Of a stretch of DNA of 64,000 bases, positions 27,644-41,210 are shown piece after piece. The position numbers were made by a program, and so were the translations under genes. The stretch is from Oscillospiraceae bacterium. Its GTDB lineage: Bacteria; Bacillota; Clostridia; Oscillospirales; Ruminococcaceae. The notes under the pieces were generated by a model. That model did no database searches and was not told the DNA's origin. It saw only the letters and a list, made by a program, of their open reading frames with translations. The DNA lies in NCBI GenBank assembly GCA_045649685.1, contig JAZRQJ010000007.1, positions 52,658 through 116,657 on the forward strand, given 5' to 3'. Position 1 is the stretch's first letter. Each line of letters opens with the position of its first letter.

Positions 27644-29677
27644 TTATAGTATATATTTGTCATTTGAAAAAAGGCACAATACATTATTTTTTATTTTTTC
27701 GTGTTCTGTTAATTCTAACTTAGGATCGATTGATAATATATTTTCAGCTTCTTTTTTACAAACATTAAGTATCTTTGTATCTTCTATTATATTAGCAATT
27801 TTAAAATTTGGCAATCCATGCTGTTTATTTCCAAAAAAATCACCAGGACCTCTTATTTTTAAATCTTCTTCTGCAATTTCAAAGCCGTTGTTAGTATCAC
27901 ACATAATTTTAAGCCTCTTTTGACTTTCGATTTTGGTTGCATTAGAGACTAAAATACACAAAGACTCAATATTGCCTCTTCCAACCCTACCTCTTAGCTG
28001 GTGTAATTGAGATAGTCCAAAAAATTCGGCGTTTTCAATCATAATAGTTGTTGCATTAGGAACATCCACACCAACTTCTATAACAGTAGTTGAAATCAAA
28101 ATATCAATTTGACCATTTAAGAATTTTTGCATTAAAATGTCTTTTTCAGCACCAGTCATTTTCCCATGTAGCATATCAACACTGTAGTCTTTAAAAACAT
28201 TTTGTTGTAAGTTTTGTGTATATTTTACTACGGATGCTATGTTTCGTTCACCATCATCAATTGCTGGACAAACAATATAAGCTTGTTGTTTGTTTTGTAA
28301 TTGACTTTTAATATATGAGAAAGCGCGCATTCTTTTGGACGAGGGAATATGAACTGTTTTAACAGGAATTCTTCCAGCAGGCAGTTCGTATATGTTTGAT
28401 ATATCAAGATCTCCGTATATTATTAATGCTAGTGTCCTAGGAATAGGAGTTGCAGACATAACCAATTTATGTGGAGCATTCCCTTTTTCTGCTAACCTTT
28501 TTCGTTGTTCAACACCAAAACGATGTTGCTCGTCGGTTATTATGAGACCCAAATTTTTGAAATTGGTTTTTTCTTGAAACAAGGAATGTGTACCAATAAT
28601 AACATCGATCATGCCGTATTCAAGTTCATTTTGTACTTTAGATTTTTCTTTTGAACTTAAAGAACCAACAAGGATATTTACATTAATTCCAAGAGGAGTT
28701 AGTGTTTTAAAAAAAAACTTAAAATGTTGACGAGCTAAAATATCTGTTGGGGCCATAATAGCAACTTGCATTTTTGATTTTGCAAATAAAAACGCCAAAG
28801 CAGCAGCAACAACAGTTTTACCGCAACCAACATCGCCTTGAACTAGTCTATTCATTGGAACATTTTTTAAGCAGTCTGAAATACATTCATTTATTACACT
28901 TTTTTGAGCATTTGTTAATTGAAATTTAAGATTGTTTAAGAAAGAATCCAGATTTAAATAGGTTAATTTTTTTGTTGTTTCTATTGTACTTTGTTGTTTT
29001 ATAAGTTGAATCCCAATTTGCCAATACAGAAGTTCCTCAAAAATCAGACGTTGTTTGGCTTTGTTTAAATATTGCTCAGATTGGGGAAAGTGAATATTTT
29101 TTAATGCAACATCCAAATGAATTAAATCATATTTGTCAGTTAATTTTTGAGGAAGAGTATCCTCTTTGCCATCAATTAAAGCTAAAGCTTGTTGTATATT
29201 AGTAGAAATCATCTTAGAAGTTAAACCTGAGGTTAGAGAATATATAGGAATTAAGCTGGGTTCGTTGGAGCTGATTATCATTGGATTTATGATTTTCTTT
29301 GAAAGTATGTTGCCTTCAATCTTGCCAAAAAATAAATATGTATGTCCAATTTTAAGCGACTTAAAAGCATATATATTGTTAAAAAAAACTATAGCCAACT
29401 TATTTTTATCAGCATCCGCTCCGTGAGCGGTGTATATAATCATTTTTCTTGATTTTATATATGGCTTTTCTGATTTTAATATAGTGGCTTTTATACAGCA
29501 TTTCTCTCCAATAATAGCTTGTGAGATTTTTAATGGGTTAGAACAATTGATATATCTATTGGGAAAATGATGTAGCAAACTGTTAATATCATTCAACCCT
29601 AATTTACTATATAAATTTGCTCTTTTCTTACCAACACCATTTAATGAACTAATTGGTAGATTCGATAGTGTATTCAT
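27644..29677 (-). CDS. recG: ATP-dependent DNA helicase RecG
   Basis: Motifs 'GDVGCGKTVVA', 'TDEQHRFG' and 'QLRGRVGRG'. Confidence 0.93.
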   Translation of the reverse strand: MNTLSNLPISSLNGVGKKRANLYSKLGLNDINSLLHHFPNRYINCSNPLKISQAIIGEKCCIKATILKSEKPYIKSRKMIIYTAHGADADKNKLAIVFFNNIYAFKSLKIGHTYLFFGKIEGNILSKKIINPMIISSNEPSLIPIYSLTSGLTSKMISTNIQQALALIDGKEDTLPQKLTDKYDLIHLDVALKNIHFPQSEQYLNKAKQRLIFEELLYWQIGIQLIKQQSTIETTKKLTYLNLDSFLNNLKFQLTNAQKSVINECISDCLKNVPMNRLVQGDVGCGKTVVAAALAFLFAKSKMQVAIMAPTDILARQHFKFFFKTLTPLGINVNILVGSLSSKEKSKVQNELEYGMIDVIIGTHSLFQEKTNFKNLGLIITDEQHRFGVEQRKRLAEKGNAPHKLVMSATPIPRTLALIIYGDLDISNIYELPAGRIPVKTVHIPSSKRMRAFSYIKSQLQNKQQAYIVCPAIDDGERNIASVVKYTQNLQQNVFKDYSVDMLHGKMTGAEKDILMQKFLNGQIDILISTTVIEVGVDVPNATTIMIENAEFFGLSQLHQLRGRVGRGNIESLCILVSNATKIESQKRLKIMCDTNNGFEIAEEDLKIRGPGDFFGNKQHGLPNFKIANIIEDTKILNVCKKEAENILSIDPKLELTEHEKIKNNVLCLFSNDKYIL

Positions 29678-31299
29678 TATTCCACAGAAACTATATAATA
29701 ATAAACTGGTTGATTACCTTTTAACATATTTACTTCAATTTTGTTACCATACTTAGAATATAAGGTAGAATATAATTCATTTGCTTGTTGTTCTAGGACG
29801 TCTTTTCCATAAAAAATAGTTATAACATTACTAGAACTGTTTGTCATTTTTTTGATCAAACGAAAACATGTTTTATTTATATTTTGATCTATGATGCATA
29901 TTTTGTTGTCTTTTATTCCTAAAATTTCGTCTTTTCCTATTTTTTTACCGTCAATAAATGAATCTCTAGCGGCAAATGTTACTAATCCAGTTTTAACAGA
30001 ATTAATTGCAGAAGTCATTGCAAGAACGTTTTCTTCTAATTCAATATCTGGATCATATGAAAGCATAGCTGACATACCTTCAGGAATAGATTTTGTTTGA
30101 AGTACAATAACGTTACGATCGGCTATTCTGGCCGCTTGTTCTGAAGACATAATAATATTTTTATTGTTTGGTAAAACTATAATATTTTTTGCTCCAACAG
30201 ATTGAATTGCGTTTAATATGTCTTCTGTACTTGGGTTCATTGTCTGACCACCACTAACAACTTTATTAGCCCCTAGTTCTTCAAACAGATTTACAATACC
30301 TTCACCAGCGGCAACAGCAACAAATCCAACTGGAACATTGTTATCCATGGCTACATATGTTTGATTTTTCTTGAATTGATCAGCAGAATGAGATTTTTGT
30401 TCGTGTTGTTGACGCATATTGTCAATTTTCATATTTGTTAGCCAACCAAATTTTAAGCCTTCTTGAATTGCATTACCCGGTTCATTGGTGTGTACATGCA
30501 CTTTTATTATAGATTCGTCTTCTACCACAACAACAGAATCTCCAATAGATTCTAAATATGCTCGTAGAGATAGGTGGTTTTTATCATTAGTTCTGTTTAC
30601 TATAAATTCGGTACAATAAGAAAATTTAATATCAGACTCTGTTTCAGCAACAGGATTAATTAAATTAGCTTTAGGTGCATTTCCTTCTAATTCAATTACG
30701 CCATTTCCATCAAAAACAGATTTCATACCTTCAAAAAGAGTTACAAGACCCATGCCACCTGCATCAACAACGCCGGCTTTTTTTAGAATAGGCAACATAT
30801 CGGGTGTTTTAGCAAGAGCGTCTTTGGCAGTTTCTAAAATTATTGCAAATGCTTCAGATACATCTTCTGTATTTAAAGTTGCAGCTTTTTCGGAAGCTAA
30901 TCTAGCAACAGTAAGGATAGTTCCTTCCGTTGGTTTCATAACAGCGCCATAGGTTTCTTTAACACTTTGTTCTAGTGATTTTGCAAGTAGTTGAGTTGTT
31001 AAATTTGTTTCGTCTTTTAGTGCGTTTGACATTCCTCTAAAAAACAAAGACAATATTACTCCAGAGTTGCCTCTAGCGCCTCTTAGCATAGCCGAAGCGG
31101 TAGTTTTAGCAACATCACCAACAGTTGGGTTGGTTAGAGCTTTTAACATAGTTGCTGCAGCGCTTGCTGTCATTGACATATTAGTTCCCGTATCACCATC
31201 CGGAACAGGATACACATTTAATTCGTCGATTGAGCTTTTTCTGTTAACTAATAGATTTGCACCAGAAATAATTGCATCTCTTAATAAAATTCCATTCAT
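29677..31299 (-). CDS. yloV: DAK2 domain fusion protein YloV
   Basis: DhaL-type motif 'PDGDTGTNM' plus a long C-terminal domain. The start is set at MNGILLRD (31299). The stop overlaps the recG ATG by 1 nt (TAATG). Confidence 0.85.
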   Translation of the reverse strand: MNGILLRDAIISGANLLVNRKSSIDELNVYPVPDGDTGTNMSMTASAAATMLKALTNPTVGDVAKTTASAMLRGARGNSGVILSLFFRGMSNALKDETNLTTQLLAKSLEQSVKETYGAVMKPTEGTILTVARLASEKAATLNTEDVSEAFAIILETAKDALAKTPDMLPILKKAGVVDAGGMGLVTLFEGMKSVFDGNGVIELEGNAPKANLINPVAETESDIKFSYCTEFIVNRTNDKNHLSLRAYLESIGDSVVVVEDESIIKVHVHTNEPGNAIQEGLKFGWLTNMKIDNMRQQHEQKSHSADQFKKNQTYVAMDNNVPVGFVAVAAGEGIVNLFEELGANKVVSGGQTMNPSTEDILNAIQSVGAKNIIVLPNNKNIIMSSEQAARIADRNVIVLQTKSIPEGMSAMLSYDPDIELEENVLAMTSAINSVKTGLVTFAARDSFIDGKKIGKDEILGIKDNKICIIDQNINKTCFRLIKKMTNSSSNVITIFYGKDVLEQQANELYSTLYSKYGNKIEVNMLKGNQPVYYYIVSVE

Positions 31300-31312
31300 A
31301 TTATTCGCTCCG

Positions 31313-31657
31313 TTATTCTTTGATTGAATCAACAAAAATATTAATACTGTTCACATATATGCCAGTATAATTAAAAATGTTTCTTGAAAGCATAGATTTT
31401 ATGTTTTTCATAACTTCAGAAATGTTTGATCCATATATTGCCAAAATATGAACATATAAATCTATAGTATTATTTTTTTTGTTGAACTTAATTCTAATAC
31501 TTTTGTTATTTAATATTTTATTTAAAAGAGTTAGTTTGGTATTATAGTTATAAAAACCTGCAACGCCAAAACAACCATTTATAGTCGTTTTAATTAATGA
31601 TTTTATATATTCTTTAGAAATATAAATGGAACCAAGGTAATTTTTGCTTATTAACAT
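31313..31657 (-). CDS. Asp23/Gls24-family envelope stress protein
   Basis: 'GSIYISKEYIKSLIKTTINGCFGVAG' fits the Asp23 pattern. The start is set at MLISKN (31657) behind AAGGAGG. It lies upstream of yloV, as yloU-yloV does in Bacillus. Confidence 0.75.
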   Translation of the reverse strand: MLISKNYLGSIYISKEYIKSLIKTTINGCFGVAGFYNYNTKLTLLNKILNNKSIRIKFNKKNNTIDLYVHILAIYGSNISEVMKNIKSMLSRNIFNYTGIYVNSINIFVDSIKE

Positions 31658-31865
31658 AATATGTTGCCTCCTTGATTTTTGACTTATACAACACATAATT
31701 ATATCACACAAATGGTAAAAAAAAAAGAAAAATAATAAAAAATACATACATTTCCAATTTTAATCTCAAAATTTTTGCACTAAATCAGTTAGCTTACTGA
31801 TTAATATTTAAAACAAAAAGTAAATCACTAGTTGAATGTGTGATTTACTTTTTTGGAAACATATC

Positions 31866-32126
31866 TTAATTTACCTTAACAATTAATTTTATTGCTGTTC
31901 GTTTAACACCATTTATTTCAATATTTGTAAAAGCGGGAATGCAAACCAAATCTACACCAGCCGTTGCCATGTAGCCCCTTGCAATAGCAATAGATTTAAC
32001 AGCTTGGTTTATAGCGCCTGCTCCAATAGACTGAATTTCGACTTCATTATCATTTTTAATAAATGCAGAAATTGCGCCAGCTACAGAGTTTGGGCTAGAT
32101 CCGGACGATACTTTTAAAATATTCAC
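31866..32126 (-). CDS. spoVS: stage V sporulation protein S
   Basis: 86 aa with 'LKVSSGSSPNSVAGAI', 'IQSIGAGAINQAVKSIAIARGY' and 'DLVCIPAFTNIEINGVKRTAIKLIV'. GTG start. Confidence 0.92.
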   Translation of the reverse strand: MNILKVSSGSSPNSVAGAISAFIKNDNEVEIQSIGAGAINQAVKSIAIARGYMATAGVDLVCIPAFTNIEINGVKRTAIKLIVKVN

Positions 32127-32232
32127 TATTTTCTATCTCCTTTATTTTAGATTTATATATACTGAAACACGCTAATAATATATATTTTAACCTATTGATT
32201 GAAATAATACAATAGGTAATTTGACAATAATT

Positions 32233-33003
32233 TTAATTAATAGATATTGTCGAAATATTTAAGCATTTACCTGTATTTTTATCCAGTTCTATTATTGCAG
32301 CGTTAAAAATGCATTCACAGTCGCGAACTTCGAAACGTGTTGGCATTTTTGTTGTTATTCGTCTAATTATACATTTTGGATCTACGCCTAAAATAGAATC
32401 ATATGGACCGACCATTCCCACATCTGTTAGTAATCCAGTTCCATTTTCTAATATTCTTGCATCATTAGTTTGAACATGCGTATGTGTTCCAATAACTGCA
32501 GATACTTTTCCATCCAGATAATAAGCTAGCGCACCTTTTTCTCCGGTAGCTTCAGCATGAAAATCTACAATTATGAACTTAGTATTTATATTTTTTAATA
32601 TACTATTTATTGTTTCAAATGGAGAAGAATTAGTGTCTAAATATGTTTGACCCATTAGGTTTATAACAGCAATTGAATATTCTCCCTTATCATAAATACA
32701 GACACCTTTTCCAGGACATGATCGAGAAATATTATGCGGTCTTAAAATATAGTCATTTTCGTTTAGCATATTATATATTTCTCGTCTCTTTAGACTGTGA
32801 TTGCCGCCTGTTAAAATATCGCATCCGCTTTCAAATAGATGGTTGGCAGATTTTACAGAAATTCCGTTACCTTTTGCTGAATTTTCAGCATTAGCAATAA
32901 CCAAATCTATGTTATTTTCACGTTTAATTTTAGGTAGAAGATTTCTAACGGTGTTGCAGCCTGGTTCTGATACAACATCTCCAATAAAAAGAATTTTAAT
33001 CAT
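32233..33003 (-). CDS. ymdB: YmdB-type metallophosphoesterase (2',3'-cyclic-nucleotide phosphodiesterase)
   Basis: Motifs 'ILFIGDVV', 'NAENSAKGNGI' and 'DFHAEATGEK'. Adjacent to spoVS, as in Bacillus. Confidence 0.87.
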   Translation of the reverse strand: MIKILFIGDVVSEPGCNTVRNLLPKIKRENNIDLVIANAENSAKGNGISVKSANHLFESGCDILTGGNHSLKRREIYNMLNENDYILRPHNISRSCPGKGVCIYDKGEYSIAVINLMGQTYLDTNSSPFETINSILKNINTKFIIVDFHAEATGEKGALAYYLDGKVSAVIGTHTHVQTNDARILENGTGLLTDVGMVGPYDSILGVDPKCIIRRITTKMPTRFEVRDCECIFNAAIIELDKNTGKCLNISTISIN

Positions 33004-33066
33004 TTAGAAGTTCACCTTATATTTATAAATATTTTAAGTTAACATATTAAAAACTATATCTTTAAA

Positions 33067-34533
33067 TTAGTCTTGTTTTAAATCGGATTCTAATTTTTCA
33101 ATTCCTTTTTTTATTCTAGATATTGATTCATCTTTTCCCAATAAAGCAGCAAGTTCTATACCTCCACCAGGAGTAAATGACTTACCAGATAGGGCAACTC
33201 TAAGAGGCCATAAAACACGTCCGTTTTTCAAGCCTAACGTTTCAATTAATTTAAACATAGCATCGTGAATTGAATTTTGATCCCAGTTTTCAAGTTGCTC
33301 TAATATGGGTAAAATTTGTCTTAAAACTTCTAGAGAGTTTTCTTCATTTGTCTTCATTTTTTTGTGTATATATAAATCAGAGGTATATTCAGGTAAACTA
33401 TCTATGAAATTGATTTGCTCGGGAATATCTTTAAATTTTTCTGTTCTTGTTTTTAGCATTTGTGAAAGTAAGGATTTATCAACATCTTTTTTGCAAACAC
33501 TTTTAACATATGGCTCAGCGTGATTCCAAAATTCTTCATCAGACATGTTTCTAATATATTTTGCATTAATAGCAGTAAGTTTGGGTAAATCAAATATAGC
33601 GGGGGATTTTGAAATTCCAGATACGTCGAAAATATCTATTAGTTCATCTAAACTAAAAATTTCTTCTTCTCCTTTAGGAGACCAACCTAAAAGAGCAATA
33701 TAGTTAACTATGGCTTGTGGCAAATATCCTTTTTCTAAAAGGTCTTCGAATGTTGCATCGCCGTTTCTTTTTGATAGCTTTTCAACAGCATTTTTCATTA
33801 CAGGAGAACAATGAATATAAACTGGTTTTTCCCATCCAAAAGCTTCATATAACAAGTTATATTTTGGGGTTGATGATAGATATTCACTTCCTCTAATTAC
33901 ATGAGATATCTCCATTAAATGGTCATCTACAACATTAGCAAAATTATATGTTGGCATACCGTCTGATTTAATTAGTATTTGATCATCTAAGTCAGAATTT
34001 TCAAATGTTATTTCACCAAAAACTTCATCGTGAAATGTTGTAGAACCCTCTCTAGGCATTTTTTGTCTTATAACATAAGGCAATCCTGCTTCTAAATTTT
34101 GTTTTATTTCTTCAGGAGTTAGGTTTCTACAGTGACCATCATATTTTGGAGGAGTTCCAGAAGCTTTTTGTAAGTCTTTAAGTTCATCTAGACGTTCTTT
34201 GTTACAAAAGCAATAATACGCATGACCTTTTTCTACTAGCTGTAAAGCGTAGTCTTTAAAGAAAGACATTCTTTCACTTTGAATATATGGACCAAAATTT
34301 CCTCCCACATCTGGGCCTTCATCCCAATGAATGCCAGCTTTTTTAAGAGTGCTATATATAATATCAACTGCTCCTTCAACTGTTCTTTCACGGTCTGTAT
34401 CTTCAATTCTTAATATAAAATCACCATTATTTTTTTTTGCCAATAAATACGCATATAGAGCGGTTCTTAAATTTCCAACATGCATATATCCTGTTGGAGA
34501 TGGAGCGAACCTTGTTCTAACTTTTTTTGACAT
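33067..34533 (-). CDS. gltX: glutamate--tRNA ligase
   Basis: HIGH region '[14 protein letters not shown]' and KMSKS-like 'KLSKRNG'. Confidence 0.95.
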   Translation of the reverse strand: MSKKVRTRFAPSPTGYMHVGNLRTALYAYLLAKKNNGDFILRIEDTDRERTVEGAVDIIYSTLKKAGIHWDEGPDVGGNFGPYIQSERMSFFKDYALQLVEKGHAYYCFCNKERLDELKDLQKASGTPPKYDGHCRNLTPEEIKQNLEAGLPYVIRQKMPREGSTTFHDEVFGEITFENSDLDDQILIKSDGMPTYNFANVVDDHLMEISHVIRGSEYLSSTPKYNLLYEAFGWEKPVYIHCSPVMKNAVEKLSKRNGDATFEDLLEKGYLPQAIVNYIALLGWSPKGEEEIFSLDELIDIFDVSGISKSPAIFDLPKLTAINAKYIRNMSDEEFWNHAEPYVKSVCKKDVDKSLLSQMLKTRTEKFKDIPEQINFIDSLPEYTSDLYIHKKMKTNEENSLEVLRQILPILEQLENWDQNSIHDAMFKLIETLGLKNGRVLWPLRVALSGKSFTPGGGIELAALLGKDESISRIKKGIEKLESDLKQD

Positions 34534-34570
34534 AGTAACTACCTTCTTTACACTTTTTATATTTTTAAAA

Positions 34571-35647
34571 TCAGCCTAAACAAATTCCCATTTGCTTAGC
34601 GGTTGTTATCATTGGACAATCTAAAGTAATTAGTTTGGCTTTTCCAGCTACATCGCTTAGCTTATTGTTTGTAATCTTATTGTTTACCATTGCCACTGCG
34701 AGTCCAAATTGTTCATTTTTGGCTAAAGTTGCTGCATATGATCCGAACTGAGTTGCTAAAATTCTATCATATGCAGAAGGTGAACCACCTCGTTGTATGT
34801 GACCTGGCACAATAGTTCTTGTTTCAAAGCCTGTTAGTTTTTCTATTTCTTTTGCTATAATATTTGTTGCGGTTTTTTCGCCTAATTTTTTTCTTAATTC
34901 CATTCTTTTTTTCTTTTTCATTTTTGCTTCACTTATGCTATATGCACCTTCGGCTACAACGATAATTGAATAATTTTTCCCGTTTTTAAAACGTTTGTTT
35001 AGGTGAGATAAAATATTGTTTATATCATAAGGATTTTCCGGTATTAATATTACATCTGCTCCACCTGAGATTCCTGAATATAATGTTAGCCAACCTGATT
35101 TATTTCCCATTAATTCTATTACTATTATTCTTTTGTGACTTTTTGCGGTTGTATGAGCTCTATCTATAGAATCTGTAGCGATATCTACAGCTGTATGAAA
35201 ACCGAAGCTGATATCTGTTCCCCATATGTCGTTGTCTATTGTTTTAGGCAAAGCAATGATATTCAAGCCTTCTTCTGAAAGTAGATTTGCTGTTTTATGT
35301 GTTCCATTACCACCTAAACAAAACAGACAGTCCAATTTCATTTTGTTATAATTTTTTTTCATTTCTGATACTTTATCTATATTATCTTCTTCAACAACTC
35401 GCATAAATTTAAAGGGAGTTCTTTTAGTGCCTAATATAGTTCCACCCAGTGTTAGAATATCAGCAAAATCTTTTTCTGTTATGGTTCTATATTTTCCATG
35501 TATTAGTCCATGATAACCATCCAATATTCCCACAATTTCTATTTTGTTTTTAAATAGGCGATATAATGATTTAGAGATTGCTCTTATTGTTGCATTTAAA
35601 CCCGGACAATCTCCGCCGCTTGTTAATATTCCTACTCTTTTGATCAT
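34571..35647 (-). CDS. pfkA: 6-phosphofructokinase (PfkA family)
   Basis: Motifs '[14 protein letters not shown]', 'PKTIDNDI', 'MGNKSGWL' and 'PGHIQRGG'. The phosphoryl donor (ATP or PPi) cannot be decided by eye. The start is set at MIKRVG. Confidence 0.88.
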   Translation of the reverse strand: MIKRVGILTSGGDCPGLNATIRAISKSLYRLFKNKIEIVGILDGYHGLIHGKYRTITEKDFADILTLGGTILGTKRTPFKFMRVVEEDNIDKVSEMKKNYNKMKLDCLFCLGGNGTHKTANLLSEEGLNIIALPKTIDNDIWGTDISFGFHTAVDIATDSIDRAHTTAKSHKRIIVIELMGNKSGWLTLYSGISGGADVILIPENPYDINNILSHLNKRFKNGKNYSIIVVAEGAYSISEAKMKKKKRMELRKKLGEKTATNIIAKEIEKLTGFETRTIVPGHIQRGGSPSAYDRILATQFGSYAATLAKNEQFGLAVAMVNNKITNNKLSDVAGKAKLITLDCPMITTAKQMGICLG

Positions 35648-35680
35648 ATGTATCACCACCTTTACAAATTTGGGAAGTTG

Positions 35681-36889
35681 TTATTTATTGTTTTGGATCA
35701 CATTCATGGTATATTTGGCGATCATAAGTTCTTCATTGGTTGTAATTACACATACAGGAATTTTTGAATTTTTTGAGCTTATAATTCCTTCTTTGCCGTT
35801 TATGGTTTCAGCGTTAACCGAATCGTTAATATCTATTCCAAAAATATTTAGATTATCACAAACTAATTTGCGCAAAATATTGCAATTTTCTCCAATACCG
35901 CCAGTAAATATTATAGCATCAATTCTATCCATTGTGACTGCACAACTGGCAATATTTTTTCTTATACTGTGAAATAACATATCTACTGCTAATTTTGCTC
36001 TTTTATTTCCCGAATCTGCAGCAATTTTTATGTCCCTGTAGTCATTGCTAACTCCAGATATTCCTAACAATCCTGATTTTTTGTTTAATAATGTATACAT
36101 TTCTTGAGGACTGTAGTTCTTCTTTTCCATTAAAAAAGTAATGCAAGAAGGATCTATACTTCCTGATCTTGTTCCCATCAAAACGCCGTCTAGAGGAGTT
36201 AACCCCATAGTTGTTTCCACAGATTTTCCTTGATCTATTGCGCAAATAGAGGAACCATTTCCTAAATGACAACTAACTAATTTTAAAGATTGCAAAGGCT
36301 TATTGATCAGTTCGGCAAATCTAGTGCTAACGTACTTGTGAGATATTCCATGAAATCCATATTTTCTTATGCCATATTTTTCGTATGTTTCATATGGAAG
36401 TCCATACATATATGCTTTTTGTGGAATTGTTTGATGAAAAGATGTATCAAAAACAGCTACTTGTGGAATTGAATTATCGAAAGTTTCTTCCGATGCTATA
36501 ATTGCTTGAACATGAGCGGGATTGTGAAGTGGGGCAAGGGGAGAAAGAAGTTCAATTTCTTTTAAAACGTCATCTGTTATTATAACAGGTTTCTCAAATT
36601 GATCAGTTCCTTGGACTACGCGATGACCTATAGCATCAATTTCGTTTAAATTTTCAATAATTCCATATTTTTTGTCAACTAAAAGATCGGCTATAATGTG
36701 AAAAGCATCCTTATGTGACTTAATTTTTATGTTAGATTCAAAAAGTTGATCGTCATATGTTCTATGCGAAACAAGACCATCTATTCCTATTCTCTCGCAT
36801 ATTCCTTTAGCTAAAGTTCGATCACTATTCATATCTATTAGCTGATATTTTAAAGATGAACTACCAGCATTAATAACTAAAATTTTCAT
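35681..36889 (-). CDS. ackA: acetate kinase
   Basis: Motifs 'MKILVINAGSSSLKYQL', 'YGFHGISH' and 'FTGGIGEN'. Confidence 0.95.
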   Translation of the reverse strand: MKILVINAGSSSLKYQLIDMNSDRTLAKGICERIGIDGLVSHRTYDDQLFESNIKIKSHKDAFHIIADLLVDKKYGIIENLNEIDAIGHRVVQGTDQFEKPVIITDDVLKEIELLSPLAPLHNPAHVQAIIASEETFDNSIPQVAVFDTSFHQTIPQKAYMYGLPYETYEKYGIRKYGFHGISHKYVSTRFAELINKPLQSLKLVSCHLGNGSSICAIDQGKSVETTMGLTPLDGVLMGTRSGSIDPSCITFLMEKKNYSPQEMYTLLNKKSGLLGISGVSNDYRDIKIAADSGNKRAKLAVDMLFHSIRKNIASCAVTMDRIDAIIFTGGIGENCNILRKLVCDNLNIFGIDINDSVNAETINGKEGIISSKNSKIPVCVITTNEELMIAKYTMNVIQNNK

Positions 36890-36994
36890 AAAATATCCTC
36901 TTAAAATAATTGTATATTCTGTATAATTTTAACCGGATAAAAATTAAATGTCAATACTATAAATTTTAAAATAAACTGTTATCAGAGTTTTTTA

Positions 36995-37044
36995 CATATT
37001 AAAAACATTCAACAAATAAGAGCTTAGCTTAATGTTGAATGTTT
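36995..37044 (-). terminator. intrinsic terminator after gap
   Basis: 12-bp stem AAACATTCAACA / TGTTGAATGTTT, followed on the minus-strand transcript by TTTTTAAT. Confidence 0.75.
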
Positions 37045-37087
37045 CACATATTTTAATTTTAAAATCCTGAAGTTTTAAAAAAACAAA

Positions 37088-38149
<1,062 letters not shown>

Positions 38150-38236
38150 CTAAATTTGTTTTAGTTACAAGTTTTTTTAAACATTTATTTGAATATATAA
38201 TGTCCATTTGATTAAGTAATGTAGAATTAAAATTGT

Positions 38237-38265
38237 TTTGACAAGTAAAATTAATTGATATATAA
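38237..38265 (+). promoter_or_regulatory. sigma-A-type promoter for the orphan kinase gene
   Basis: TTGACA (38237-38242), a 17-nt spacer, then TATAAT (38260-38265). Confidence 0.7.
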
Positions 38266-38347
38266 TATTCTAGAGTTATTTTTAATTATTTCTTAGAAAA
38301 TTTTTTATTATTTTAATTTGTGGTAAATAATTTTGGCTTTTGAGTGA

Positions 38348-39436
38348 TTGGAGCGATCAATGGTAGAACAGAAAACTAAATATGCAATACAACAATATTA
38401 TAACGGACTTAAGACGCCGGTTTTTTTGTGTATGGACAACGATATTGTTTGGTATAATGTTGCTGCTGATGAGTTAATTAAGAATGTAAACTTTAGAAAT
38501 TGTATCATGCAGATTAGTAGGCCATCAGATGGTGAAGAAGTTCAGTTTGTAACATGTGGTGGGTTTCAATATAAATTATCGGTACGGCCCTGTGATGAAG
38601 AATTTTTTGTAGAGGTTGTAGAAATAAAAAATTTAAAATCGGTAGCTTGTGCGTATGAAGTTATTGGTGGTGTTGAATCTATGGAAAATACTGTAAGAAA
38701 ATCAGCACATCAAATATTTCAATCGATAGCTTCTTTGAGCGAAATTTTTGAAAAGTTAGAGCAACATGATGTTCTTGAACATTTGGATAATATTTCGGAT
38801 GGAACTTATGGGATATTAAGAGCAGCTAATTTGTATTATGAATATAATTTATTACTAAAAGATAAATTAGAATTGGAAGTTGTTGATATATTTAGTGAAG
38901 TAGAAGCACTTTGTTCGTCTATTAAATCAATAATGAGTAAGTCTACAACGTCATTTGTATGGTCTATACCGGAGAAAAAACTTTTTTGTAATGTGGATAT
39001 GCACAAACTTAGTTTTGCTTTGTTCCATTTAATTTGTAATTCATATTGTTTTACATCAAGCAAGAACGAAATAAAGCTTATAATGGATAATGTTCAAGAT
39101 GAGTATGTGCGAATACAAGTTGTTGATAAAGGTTGTGGAGTGTTATCTGAAAATTTGGATAGAGTTTTTGAACCTTTTTATTCATATAATCCTTTAACTG
39201 GCGATATTGCTGGGTGTGGACTTGGTCTTACATATGCTAATGAATTAATTGGTAAGTTGGATGGAACTTTGACTTTTAATTCTTCAGAAGGAAAAACTGT
39301 TGTGTCTATTATGATTCCGGTTCAGTTTGTTTCAAATTCCATGGACTTGTCTTCTGATATTATGAGATATGGAATAGGTAAATATGATCCTATGGTTTCG
39401 ACTATGGTTACTCTGGAAAACAATTCAAAACATTAG
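38348..39436 (+). CDS. soluble orphan sensor histidine kinase (PAS-like N-terminus, DHp, HATPase_c)
   Basis: H-box-like 'VRKSAHQIFQSIASL', N-box 'FALFHLICNSYCF', G-boxes 'VVDKGCGV' and 'GCGLGLTYA'. No TM segment and no adjacent response regulator. The start may be ATG 38360. Confidence 0.7.
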   Translation: MERSMVEQKTKYAIQQYYNGLKTPVFLCMDNDIVWYNVAADELIKNVNFRNCIMQISRPSDGEEVQFVTCGGFQYKLSVRPCDEEFFVEVVEIKNLKSVACAYEVIGGVESMENTVRKSAHQIFQSIASLSEIFEKLEQHDVLEHLDNISDGTYGILRAANLYYEYNLLLKDKLELEVVDIFSEVEALCSSIKSIMSKSTTSFVWSIPEKKLFCNVDMHKLSFALFHLICNSYCFTSSKNEIKLIMDNVQDEYVRIQVVDKGCGVLSENLDRVFEPFYSYNPLTGDIAGCGLGLTYANELIGKLDGTLTFNSSEGKTVVSIMIPVQFVSNSMDLSSDIMRYGIGKYDPMVSTMVTLENNSKH

Positions 39437-39537
39437 AATTTGTGTTAAATAAAAACCTATTTATATAACTTAATTTGTTTTTGTTATATTTTATTGGTTT
39501 TTATTTTTTGTTTTTGATATTAATAAGAATTTTATAG

Positions 39538-41154
<1,617 letters not shown>

Positions 41155-41161
41155 AAAAATT

Positions 41162-41210
41162 GTGTATTGTTGAATGTTTTTTGATTAACATTCAGCAATA
41201 CACGTTTTTT
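41162..41210. terminator. bidirectional terminator between convergent pyrG and rnr
   Basis: 17-bp stem GTGTATTGTTGAATGTT / AACATTCAGCAATACAC (one G-T pair) flanked by AAAAAAA and TTTTTTT. Confidence 0.85.

Noticed and set aside
37033-37044. A recurrent 'TTGAATGTTT' string in the stems of three terminators (about 37033, 41170 and 50530 reverse strand), considered as a possible dispersed repeat family.
   Set aside because: Only about 10 nt are shared and the flanks are unrelated. This is compatible with chance in AT-rich hairpins. No REP/MITE-like ends are present.
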